Below are positions 9,834 through 18,732 of a DNA stretch of 64,000 nucleotides, in pieces. The DNA is from Thermodesulfobacteriota bacterium (GTDB lineage Bacteria > Desulfobacterota > Desulfarculia > JACQYL01): the NCBI GenBank assembly GCA_963675595.2, contig CAXXLZ010000002.1:992001-1056000 (forward strand). The letters are read 5' to 3'. Made by a program: the position numbers and the translations under genes. Numbering within the stretch: the first letter of the stretch is position 1; the number at the start of each line of letters is the position of its first letter. The notes beneath the pieces were generated by a model. It worked only from the letters and a program-made list of their open reading frames with translations, was not told the DNA's origin and ran no database searches.

Positions 9834-10553
9834 TTATTGACATGATACCGGATACGCCAACAATTCTAAGAACGACCAGGGATGGTCGGTCACGTTCGCG
9901 GCCATCGCTGGGGTCTTGGGCTGAAATGTCCGGTTTGCCCTACGGCTGAGCGTTCCATGGGGTCGAACAAAATTATAACAGGCCACACAGATGGCGAACT
10001 TGGCCCGAAGCCAGCGCCACGAGCGTGCGAATGTAAGGGATTTGCGAACCAAATGAGCATCCCACAGACGCCAGTGCAGATTGGAGCGCTCGACAAAGGC
10101 GGTATTGATTGTGTGGCTGGGCGAACCCTCCAACCGCTCGTGTACGCTCTGCTCACTGCCGAAAACCACTCGGCGCTCCACCTTAACCACCCTGCCGCCC
10201 TCGCGGGTTTTGTGCACTGTGGCGTAATCCAAATCAGCATCGACCACTCGTTCGGGGTTCCTGGGCCGGCCCGGTTTCCCCGTCGGCATCACTGGGACCT
10301 GCTTGTGGAAGAACTCCGCCAACATCGTGACATAATGAGGCAGCTCGTCCGATACGAACAATGGCTTACTCCGGCAGCGAGCGGTCAAATCCTGAAGCAT
10401 TCTTCGGGCGTCGTCCAATTCTCGTCCGCCAATCCAGAACGTGATCAGCAATCGTGTGGGGACATCGATGGCCGTCCAGATCCATGTCCGCCCGTATCGC
10501 TCCTCGAGGTCTTGGGCGGCGCCAGAATGTTCCTTTTTTTTACAAAGGTCCAC
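9834..10553 (-). CDS. IS1-family transposase InsB (DDE part, reached by -1 frameshift)
   Basis: WIWTAID, FVSDEL..Y, INTAFVERSN, YNFVRPH, TPAMAA motifs. A8 slippery run at ~10534-10541. Confidence 0.88.
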   Translation of the reverse strand: MDLCKKKEHSGAAQDLEERYGRTWIWTAIDVPTRLLITFWIGGRELDDARRMLQDLTARCRSKPLFVSDELPHYVTMLAEFFHKQVPVMPTGKPGRPRNPERVVDADLDYATVHKTREGGRVVKVERRVVFGSEQSVHERLEGSPSHTINTAFVERSNLHWRLWDAHLVRKSLTFARSWRWLRAKFAICVACYNFVRPHGTLSRRANRTFQPKTPAMAANVTDHPWSFLELLAYPVSCQ

Positions 10554-10930
10554 AGCTCATCCAGTTGTGCCTCCGTCAGCTCCAGCGAGGTCAACAGACT
10601 GGATAGCACGGACGCGCAATGCTCGCCGGCACGCAGGATCACCCGATTTACCGTATCCTTGTCCAATGCCAGCAGACGCGCCGTGGCCCGGACTCCTACG
10701 CCCTCGGCTGCATGATGGATGATCTCTCGAATCGTTTCCGCCGGCAGATGCAGGCCAAACAGGGCGCTGGATTGAGTGGCGGCGAAACGCTTCCCGCAGG
10801 TGCGACAGTAAAGGAGATCGCGACTTTTGTCCTTGCCGTACTTGCCGCGAACCGCGATGTTGCCTTGATTACTCAACCCGTAATTCTTGCACTTTTCGTT
10901 CGGACAGAAGCATCTCTCAAGTTCGGTCAC
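10445..10930 (-). CDS. IS1-family InsA (Zn finger + HTH)
   Basis: CPNEKC...C.TC.KRF zinc finger, HTH VRATARLL, then QLDELWTFVKK. Confidence 0.88.
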   Translation of the reverse strand: MTELERCFCPNEKCKNYGLSNQGNIAVRGKYGKDKSRDLLYCRTCGKRFAATQSSALFGLHLPAETIREIIHHAAEGVGVRATARLLALDKDTVNRVILRAGEHCASVLSSLLTSLELTEAQLDELWTFVKKRNILAPPKTSRSDTGGHGSGRPSMSPHDC

Positions 10931-10989
10931 CGATTGCCCCCTTGAAACATGAAGTCACTCCGGGGCAATTATAATCAAGACGCTTTGAC

Positions 10990-12147
10990 GTGTCAACTAA
11001 ATGGGGACATTACCCAATCGTTTGCCGGGAGGCCTTATCCAGGGCGAAGATGAAGGGTACCGACATAAATGAACTTTATTACGGTATGTGTATTCAGTCC
11101 GAGGCGGCTCTGCTCTATAATGTCATTGGCCGACAGGCCTTAATTCATGCCGGACTATCTCCGGATACCATTTCTCTCACCATAGACCGAGCCTGCTGTT
11201 CCTCGATGACCGCCGTCCATCTGAGCCGAAAATCCATATTGCTCGGTGAGGCAAATGTCTGTATGGCGGTTGGGGCCGAGAATATGAGCAACACACCGAT
11301 CGTCCTCAATGGACATCGGTGGGGCACAGGCCTCCAAAGACCTGTTATTGTGGATCATTTGAATCCGATCATGTACGTGGGCTTCAAATCCATTGCCGCG
11401 GATGCCGGCGAAACGGCACTGGAACACGGCATACCTCGAGAAATGCAGGATGAGTGGGCATACCATTCACAAATGAAATACCAGGCCGCCAAGAAGCAGG
11501 GAAAGTTCGCCATCGGGGAAGAATTGACGGCAGTTGAAATTCCTCAGAAGAGAGGGGAGCCGCTGGTCTTTGTCGAGGATGAATTCCCGAAACCGAATAC
11601 CACGGTTGAAAAGCTGGCCACACTGAAAACCGTGTACGGCAGCCCCACGGTAACGGCCGGAAACGCTCCCGGACTGGACGCCGGCGCCGCAGCTTTGATC
11701 ATTACCAATCGTTCCACCGCGGCTGAGCACGGCCTTCAACCACTGGGGATCGTCCTTTCCGTTGGAAGCGCTGCGAGAGAACCGCATTTGATGGCTGAAG
11801 TTCCGGCCTATGCCATCATGCAGGCCCTTGAGCGTGCCGATCTAACCGTAAGGGATTTGGATCTCCTTGAAATCAATGAGGCGTTTGCCGCGGTACCGCT
11901 GGTTTCGACCAAATTGCTGGCCAAAGGAGACCCGACTCAATGGGACACGATCAGGGCCAAAACCAATCCCAACGGCGGCGCCATTGCCATTGGCCATCCG
12001 GTGGGCGCAAGCGGGGCGAGAATATTAATGACCGCGATGTATGAACTTCGTCGAAGGGGCGGCGGTGTTGCCGCCGTCGGGATTTGCGGAGGGCTGGCCC
12101 AGGGAGACGCGGTTGTCGTCAAGGTTGATGAGACTTGTTTGCGATAA
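10990..12147 (+). pseudogene. Thiolase (acetyl-CoA acetyltransferase family), 5'-truncated by IS1
   Basis: Catalytic motifs DRACCSS, EINEAFAAV, GGAIAIGHPVGASG, CGGLAQG. The first 8 codons lie in the IS1 IR and the usual N-terminal strand/RTP motif is missing. Confidence 0.8.
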
Positions 12148-12158
12148 TGTATAATAGA

Positions 12159-12303
12159 AGCCTGCTGGGAAGATTTGGTTGTTGCAGGCTGATCAAGAAC
12201 GATGAAATGCAGGGTGCGCAAATCCATAGGAGGGCCTACACGTAGTGCGCCGTAACGGCGAGGGATTGAAGCCCGAAGGTGCAAATTGCGTTCTGCGTCA
12301 GCC
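12159..12303. repeat. Dispersed ~145-bp MITE-like repeat, copy 1
   Basis: Shares aacgatga.atgca.gg.gcgcaaatcc, cgaggga, gaagc and gca.at.gcgtt blocks in the same order with 43219-43367. Confidence 0.6.
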
Positions 12304-12422
12304 CACCCGCGGCGCTCCACAGGACCGCGTCACCGCCCGGAGGAACACGGCAATCGAAAAGAGTCCGTCGGTATGCTGGGACTCATCCAGTTCAGCAAGG
12401 GATCAAAGGGAGGCGTTTTCAC

Positions 12423-13745
12423 ATGACCAAACAGATTGTTTCCATCGTCCGTTACGAAAAGCCGTTGGAGTCCGTTCGGAAGACCGTTGATCTCTGCAAC
12501 GGTCTGGATCACCTGCCCCGCAACGCCAAGGTGTTCATCAAGCCCAACATCGTCCTGTGGACCCGCAAATCCGTGTTCCCCAAATGGGGCGTGATCACCA
12601 CCTCGCGCGTGATAGAGGACATGGTGGTGCTCCTCAAGGAACGCGGCGTGGACGACATCGTCATCGGCGAAGGCATGGTGCTCTTCGATCCCAAAGACCG
12701 AGACACCCCGAAGCACGCCTTCGAATCCCTCGGATATCCGGACCTTCAAAAGCGGTACGGGGTACGGTGCCTGGACGTTCACGATCGCCCGTTTCGAAAG
12801 ACGGACCTCGGTTCCGGCGTGGTGCTCAACATCAACACCGATATTCTGGACAGCGACTTCGTGGTCGATATCCCGGTCTTGAAAACCCACCACATGACCG
12901 TGGTCAGCCTCGGAATCAAGAATCTCAAGGGCACCATCGATATCCCGTCCCGAAAGAAATGCCACAGCGCGGACCCGGTCAAGGACCTGAACTACATGAT
13001 CGCTCGGCTCGGAAACATGCTGCCGCCTTCCTTCACCATCCTGGACGGAATCTACACGGCGGACCGAGGTCCCAGCGTCAACGGGAAGATACGCAGGAGC
13101 GATCTACTGGTGGGATCCGCGGACGTGCTGTCGGCGGACATGGTGGGCGCGAGGCTGTTGGGATTCGAAACCTCGCAGGTGCCGCACCTGGCTAACGCGG
13201 CCCGGGACCAGGGGAGGCCTTTGGACCTGTCCGACGTTGACATCAGGGGGCTTAAGATCCAAGACGCAGCCTCCATCCATGAGTACGATTTCCCTTACAA
13301 CAACGCGTGCACCCTTCCCACCGCCATGGAGAGGAAGGGCATCCGGGGCCTGGATTTCTACAAGTACGATCTCACGACCTGCACCTACTGCGCGGCCCTG
13401 TACCCCTTGATCATGGCCTCCGTCATGCATGCGTGGAAGGGAGAGCCCTGGGACGACGTGGAAATCCTCACCGGGAAGATCATGAAGCCCACCCCCGGCA
13501 GGAACACCTCCGTCCTGGTGGGCAAGTGCATGTATCAGGCCCATAAGGACAACCCGGACGTGAAACGGATGGTCGCGGTCAAAGGCTGCCCGCCGGGTCC
13601 CAAAGCGTTGGTCAAGGCGCTGCACGAAGCCGGAATCCAAGCGGACCCGGTGTTCCTGGAAAAATGGGAGGAGAACCTGGGCGCCCTGATGAAAAGGTAC
13701 GAAGGAAAACCCGAGTTCGACGAGTCCTTCTTCCGGATTCCGTGA
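12423..13745 (+). CDS. DUF362-domain Fe-S protein
   Basis: VFIKPNIV, IVIGEG, IPVLKTH..T.VSLGIKNLKG, ILDG, D..GA.LLG motifs; C-terminal CTYC, GKC, KGCPP. RBS gggagg before ATG at 12423. Confidence 0.85.
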   Translation: MTKQIVSIVRYEKPLESVRKTVDLCNGLDHLPRNAKVFIKPNIVLWTRKSVFPKWGVITTSRVIEDMVVLLKERGVDDIVIGEGMVLFDPKDRDTPKHAFESLGYPDLQKRYGVRCLDVHDRPFRKTDLGSGVVLNINTDILDSDFVVDIPVLKTHHMTVVSLGIKNLKGTIDIPSRKKCHSADPVKDLNYMIARLGNMLPPSFTILDGIYTADRGPSVNGKIRRSDLLVGSADVLSADMVGARLLGFETSQVPHLANAARDQGRPLDLSDVDIRGLKIQDAASIHEYDFPYNNACTLPTAMERKGIRGLDFYKYDLTTCTYCAALYPLIMASVMHAWKGEPWDDVEILTGKIMKPTPGRNTSVLVGKCMYQAHKDNPDVKRMVAVKGCPPGPKALVKALHEAGIQADPVFLEKWEENLGALMKRYEGKPEFDESFFRIP

Positions 13746-14053
13746 GTCAAACGCGTCGGAGCTTACGCAAGTGAATTCGTCTCTTGGTCACTTTGGCCGG
13801 CCTTGGCAAGTCAGTGAAGCGGGCTTCCTGTGCCTCGTTGAACACGGTGAAAACAACTTTCGACGGCCTAATGTGTTCCACAAAATGAGAGCGGGAGGGT
13901 GGCGGATTCGAGGTAATGTCTGAACCTCAAACCTGTGAACAAAGCCTCGTGGCGTTTTCGTGAACGACTCCCAAAGGCACCTATATGTCCTTCCCGAAGA
14001 ACTATAATTAGCCGGTTTCTGCGTAGCGAGGATGCGGTCGGAGGCCTGCCTAA

Positions 14054-15884
14054 CTCATCTTTGACAGTTGGAGGGTGAAAAAGTGGGCCTCTCCCGCCTA
14101 ACTTACCGAAATGATTAGGCTGGCCTTTTTCCGAGGCTCCAAACGTAGTGCCAATATGTCCGATTTTTTCCTTGACTCCGCCGACCTGTATTCCGTACAA
14201 TTTGTTTCATGTTTGCACGCGTCAAAAAGGTCAAAAGCGGCGGATCCGAGCATGAATATCTTCAGATCGTGGAGAACTATCGCCAGGATAAGAAGGTAAA
14301 ACAGAAAGTTATATGCACGCTGGGCCGTCTCGACAGGCTCCGTGAATCGGGTGCCTTGGACGGAGTTCTTACCAGTCTCGCCAAGTTCTCCACCCAGAAT
14401 CAGGTCATCAGTCTCTATAAGGAAGGTAGTGTCAAGGCGGACTGGGCCAAGTCCTGGGGAACCGTTTTGGTGATCGAGAAACTCTGGAAGACCTTGGGGC
14501 TCGATGTGGTACTCCGATCTCTCGCTTCTCGCTCCGATTATCGCTTCGATCTAGAGCGCGCGGTCTTTGCCTGCGTCTGCCAACGCTTGGTCCGTCCGGG
14601 ATCCGATCTCGCCGCGAGCCGTTGGATTCAGAACGTCCACGGTGAAGGCTTCGACGACCTGGAGCTTCAGCACCTTTATCGATCCATGGACTTCCTGGCC
14701 GAGTATCAGCCCGAAATCGAAAAGGAACTTTTCCGTCGGGGCCGCGACCTCTTCGATTACGGGGTGGATCTCGTTTTCTTCGACACCACCTCGGTCTACT
14801 TCGAGGGCCGGGGGCCGGCCGAGTTGGCTCGATACGGGTTCTCCAAGGACCATCGTCCCGATCGGAAACAGGTGTTGGTGGGCGTCGTCATGTCCCGAAA
14901 GGGATATCCCCTTTCCTGTCAATTTTGGGAGGGCAACACGGCGGACGTTACCACCATCAAGCGCATCATCGCCCTGGTCAAGCGTCGGTTCTCCCTGAAC
15001 AACGTGGTCCTGGTCTCCGACCGCGGTATGGTCGGCGTCGACAATCTGGTGGAACTGGAGCGTGCCGGTATCGACTACATCGTGGGCATCCCCATGCGCC
15101 GTTACCAGGATGTCCGAGGCCAAGTGGTGGACACTCCGGGCTACTACCAAGCGCTCACTCCCACCTTGTGGTTCAAGGAGATTCATCTGAACGGATGCCG
15201 TTACGTCCTCTGCTACAACCAAGACCAAGCAGCCAAAGACGAGGCCACCCGATCGGCCCTTGTGGAAAAGTTGAAAACCACCCTGAAAAAACAGGGGCCC
15301 CAGTCTCTGGTGGGAAACAAGGGCTTCAGGAAATTCATCAAACTCGACCGGGAAACCGTGCGCATCGATCCCGCCAAGGTCAAGGACGACGCCCGCTTCG
15401 ACGGCAAGTATGTTCTCCTCACCAGTACCGACATTCCCGCCGATGAAGTCGCGGTCACCTACAAGCGACTGTGGCAGGTGGAAAGAGCCTTCCGGGACCT
15501 CAAATCCGCCCTGGAAGTCAGGCCCGTGTTCCATCAACGGTGTCAACGCGTTCAAGGTCACATTTTCTGCAACTTCCTGGCCCTATACCTGAAGATCGCG
15601 CTGCAGAAACAGCTCAAAACCAAAGAAATCGACATCCCTTGGGACCAGGTTCTGCTCGACCTCGACGCCTTCAAAGCCATCCATCTACAGGTCGCAGAAA
15701 AATCCTACCTCCTCAGAACGGAATTCCAAGGCGACGCCTACCGCATCTTCCAAGCCGTTGGCCTCAAACCGCCGCCCACTTTACAGACTCTCCAGGAGCA
15801 CCAAAACGTAGTGCCATAAACCTTTCTTTTTCGTATAAGCAGCTGAAATTACTGCATTAGTTATTTTGAACTGTCAAAGATCAG
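14054..15884 (+). mobile_element. IS1634-family insertion sequence with 5-bp target duplication
   Basis: IRs ctcatctttgacagtt (14054) / ctgatctttgacagtt (complement, ends 15884). Direct repeat cctaa at 14049-14053 and 15885-15889. Subterminal repeat aaacgtagtgcca near both ends. Confidence 0.93.
14209..15819 (+). CDS. IS1634-family transposase
   Basis: YLQIVENYR...KQKVI..LGR, FFDTTSVYFEG, GFSKDHRPD, GNTAD, VSDRGM, FDGKYVL, YKRLWQVERAFR.LKS, RPVFH motifs. Confidence 0.95.
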   Translation: MFARVKKVKSGGSEHEYLQIVENYRQDKKVKQKVICTLGRLDRLRESGALDGVLTSLAKFSTQNQVISLYKEGSVKADWAKSWGTVLVIEKLWKTLGLDVVLRSLASRSDYRFDLERAVFACVCQRLVRPGSDLAASRWIQNVHGEGFDDLELQHLYRSMDFLAEYQPEIEKELFRRGRDLFDYGVDLVFFDTTSVYFEGRGPAELARYGFSKDHRPDRKQVLVGVVMSRKGYPLSCQFWEGNTADVTTIKRIIALVKRRFSLNNVVLVSDRGMVGVDNLVELERAGIDYIVGIPMRRYQDVRGQVVDTPGYYQALTPTLWFKEIHLNGCRYVLCYNQDQAAKDEATRSALVEKLKTTLKKQGPQSLVGNKGFRKFIKLDRETVRIDPAKVKDDARFDGKYVLLTSTDIPADEVAVTYKRLWQVERAFRDLKSALEVRPVFHQRCQRVQGHIFCNFLALYLKIALQKQLKTKEIDIPWDQVLLDLDAFKAIHLQVAEKSYLLRTEFQGDAYRIFQAVGLKPPPTLQTLQEHQNVVP

Positions 15885-15889
15885 CCTAA

Positions 15890-16480
15890 ATGGACGAATG
15901 GCTTAGAACGAACGAATATGTCGATACAGTGGAAACTTCCGAGTTCTTGGCTGAACAACTTCAGAATATCAAGTCAGAGCCTCACCGATGGAAATGGGTC
16001 ATCATCATTCTTCACAATCTACTACAAGGCATGATGGTTCTCGCACTTAAGGGATCGCATGGGTTGAATGTTTTATTCCCCAAAGACCAAAACCGCTGGC
16101 TTGAGGCGCATGGAAATCGAAAGGGCTACCCGGACGACTTGAAGCTCAACCGATTTCCCGCCCTCTACAAGATGATCAAGAGTGATGAAATGTTAATGTA
16201 TGTATATAGTAGTAGCTTCCAGCCAAAGCCGAACCATGATTCGTCTGTGGCACTTCTAAACAGCCTTAGAAACGATTTCATTCATTTCACACCCAAATCA
16301 TGGTCAATTGAGCTTCGAGGCCTTCCCACTTTGGTTTTGGACTGCCTTGATATTGCTGAATTTCTATCATGGGAATCGAAGAACGTGTTCTGGTCTCAAG
16401 AAGAGTTGGCAGACAGGATCAGGTCGGCATTCGTATCCGCCCGTGAAGCATGTGAAGCATTGCATCGGTTGTCAATTTAG
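15890..16480 (+). CDS. Hypothetical protein with HEPN-like RxxxxH motif
   Basis: 196 aa, appears helical, AT-richer than its flanks. LNSLRNDFIHF matches the Rx4H motif. Confidence 0.65.
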   Translation: MDEWLRTNEYVDTVETSEFLAEQLQNIKSEPHRWKWVIIILHNLLQGMMVLALKGSHGLNVLFPKDQNRWLEAHGNRKGYPDDLKLNRFPALYKMIKSDEMLMYVYSSSFQPKPNHDSSVALLNSLRNDFIHFTPKSWSIELRGLPTLVLDCLDIAEFLSWESKNVFWSQEELADRIRSAFVSAREACEALHRLSI

Positions 16481-16687
16481 GATTGGATGGATGTGTCTCC
16501 GCCTCGGGAAGCTTACATCAGTTAGGTTGTACTCGTCTCTTTCTTCTGACAGCGCTCTATGGCCACTCATTTCCGGCGATCAGGACTCGGAAGTCTTCGT
16601 TTCGACGGAGGTTCATTTGCCGTAACTGAAATCCTGACCGTACAGACCTATCGAGATATAACCGATCGCCCGCATTTCTCGCCCCCC

Positions 16688-17206
16688 TCATTCTCTACCG
16701 AGAAAATATGTCTGTGCCGGCCACAGCACGTGACAGCGCTTCCCCGCCATGTATGCCGTCGTGCACTCACTCCGGTTGAGCGGACCAAGCCTGCTCGAGT
16801 CAAAGAGTTTAATCTGATTCTCGGTTATCTTCCTGACGACGGTCCAGTGGTCGTAGACACCGGACATACCGAGGATGATGGCCCTTCTTCTTTTGGTATC
16901 GTAGAGGGACGAAAGCATCTTCAACCAGAAATCCTCCAAACTTGGGTTCTTGACTCCTCTGAAGGGGATTTCTATGGTCGGTATTCGGTCGCCGATCACA
17001 TCAGTAAGGATTGCTTTGATGTCCTTCAAGCGGATACCGGCAGTAAAAAATTGCGCGAGCAAGCCTACTTTGTCCAGGTGCTTCACGATCGAATTGAATA
17101 GGTTCTGAGAATCCTGTTCCGGCGTAACGTTGATTAGCTGCTCCGCATTTACGAGGCTGCAAATGCCGCACAGGGAATCCAGTCATCCTTGCTCATACGG
17201 CTTCAT
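16688..17206 (-). pseudogene. Papain/C39-like cysteine peptidase-fold protein with in-frame TGA at codon 8
   Basis: ATG at 17206 gives MKPYEQG*LDSLCGICSLVNA..., in frame with ORF 16688-17086. Candidate triad Cys (LCG), His (DHWTVV), Asp (LFDS). Confidence 0.6.
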
Positions 17207-17612
17207 TGTCTTCTCATTTTGATGAGTTGGGGGTGATCGGTTTGTTCTCTGTTTGACGCTGGGATGTCTCCCTCCATCTCGTGCAGAGCGATTCCGCCGA
17301 ACTCGGACATCGCAGACTCCCGGCAAGCCGGCACTTCGAATCGAATGCCGCAATACTCAAAATCCGTACGCGTTCACGGAGTATCCGCGAAAGCTTTTTG
17401 AACCGGTTCTCGCTGTGTGCGCGTCGCAACCGGGGTCAAGAGTTTTCTCCACATAAGTTGCCGAGTCCGCAATCATCGGATTTTTCGACGAGAGTCTTGC
17501 ACCTTGGATCGCCCGGATCGGCTTCGTCCCGCCAGGGACGAAGCCCTCATCAGGGGGCCCGGGGGAACGAATGTTTCCCCGGAGACGGTGTAAACAAACA
17601 CCAAATTTTGTT

Positions 17613-18404
17613 TTACGGCTTCCACTCCGCCATCGCGTTGGTCAACTGGGGCGGGAAATTGGGTTCGTGGCGGACATCCACGGGGATGGGGAACCGAACC
17701 CCGGCCTTGTGAGTCGCTTCCAGGCTCTCCACCACCCGTTGGATGGCATTGGCCGGGATGGTGAAAATCATTTCGTCGTCCTGCACCATGCCCCATACGC
17801 GATCCCCGTTGCCGGGCACCACCACTTGGGGCTTTTGGGTCTTCAGCGTCCTGAGAATCCCTTCGTTGCACGATCCGAACCTGCCGGTGAATACGGAGGC
17901 CAGTTCCTCTCCCGTCTCCCGGGTGGCGGCGTGCACCAGCCGCATCAGTTGAGCGGAATTACAGAACATCATGATCAGGTCCGGGTCCATGCGACCCGAT
18001 TCCACCGGAGAAACCACCACGCCGCCGCATCGGCCCGGTTCGAGTCGGTATTGGGTTGTGGAAGACAGCACTTGGCGCAGCGCGTCATCGTCCACGCCGT
18101 AGTTCAGCGACTTGAGGAAGCTGAACAAGGCGAATTCGTTGCGTGCCGGCTCCTCACTCCAACCGTAGAACATTTCCGCAACCGGACAATAATTGTCCTC
18201 CGGCGTCAACCCGATGGTCCATCCGTATTTGCGCGCCATGGCAATGGCAACGCAGATGGTGGTTTGGAAGCCGAGGTCCGACGCGGGACGTCGCGTCTTG
18301 GCCGGAAAGTCGTCCGCGGATGGTACCAGCTTGATGCCCACGGGAATGGTAAGCGGTTTGACGAATCGATTGATGGATTGTGCCACTTCGGTCCAGTCCT
18401 GCAT
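17613..18404 (-). CDS. DUF169 domain-containing protein
   Basis: PVGIKL, C.AI..AR, C..A, P...DPDL, N.AQLMRL..A, GSC, PGNGDR.WG..DDEM.F.IP pattern. Confidence 0.85.
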   Translation of the reverse strand: MQDWTEVAQSINRFVKPLTIPVGIKLVPSADDFPAKTRRPASDLGFQTTICVAIAMARKYGWTIGLTPEDNYCPVAEMFYGWSEEPARNEFALFSFLKSLNYGVDDDALRQVLSSTTQYRLEPGRCGGVVVSPVESGRMDPDLIMMFCNSAQLMRLVHAATRETGEELASVFTGRFGSCNEGILRTLKTQKPQVVVPGNGDRVWGMVQDDEMIFTIPANAIQRVVESLEATHKAGVRFPIPVDVRHEPNFPPQLTNAMAEWKP

Positions 18405-18444
18405 GAGAATACCTCCGCGTGGTGTATCGGTATTTGTTCACTAA

Positions 18445-18687
18445 GTCACCGGGGGAAAGCTGTTCCCCCGAACCCCTTGTGCGAGCTTGATCCCGCCGAC
18501 ACGGGACGAAGCCGGACTATGGAGCTTCTCCGGCAATCTCTGAGATTGAAGGAACGCTGGAAACCAGCGGGCAACCCTATTTCTCCCTCAGGCTCTCCGC
18601 CGAAGGCGGTGAGGCCTGCTTGAGACGTTTTGAGGGGGGGCCACGGGGGGGAACTTTTCCAAAAGTTCTCCCCCCGTGAATGATGAC
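18445..18687. repeat. ~240-bp repeat, left arm of an inverted pair flanking the amylase
   Basis: Contains aagccggactatggagcttct, ctctccgccgaaggcggtgaggcctgc and hairpin gggggaacttttccaaaagttctcccc. Reverse-complement similar to 20134-20374. Confidence 0.85.
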
Positions 18688-18732
18688 ATATTCCCGAAAA
18701 GTCTTTCAGCACGCACCTCGGCCCGTCTCCGG

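Larger units (their letters stand above)
9819..11014 (-). mobile_element. IS1-family insertion sequence
   Basis: 24-bp IRs ggtactgtccccatattattgaca (9819) / ggtaatgtccccatttagttgaca (complement, ends 11014). The flanks caattctt and caatcgtt are not identical. Confidence 0.9.

Noticed and set aside
17300-17466. actcgg...ccgagt bounded element
   Set aside because: Only a 6-bp inverted match and no second copy in the window.
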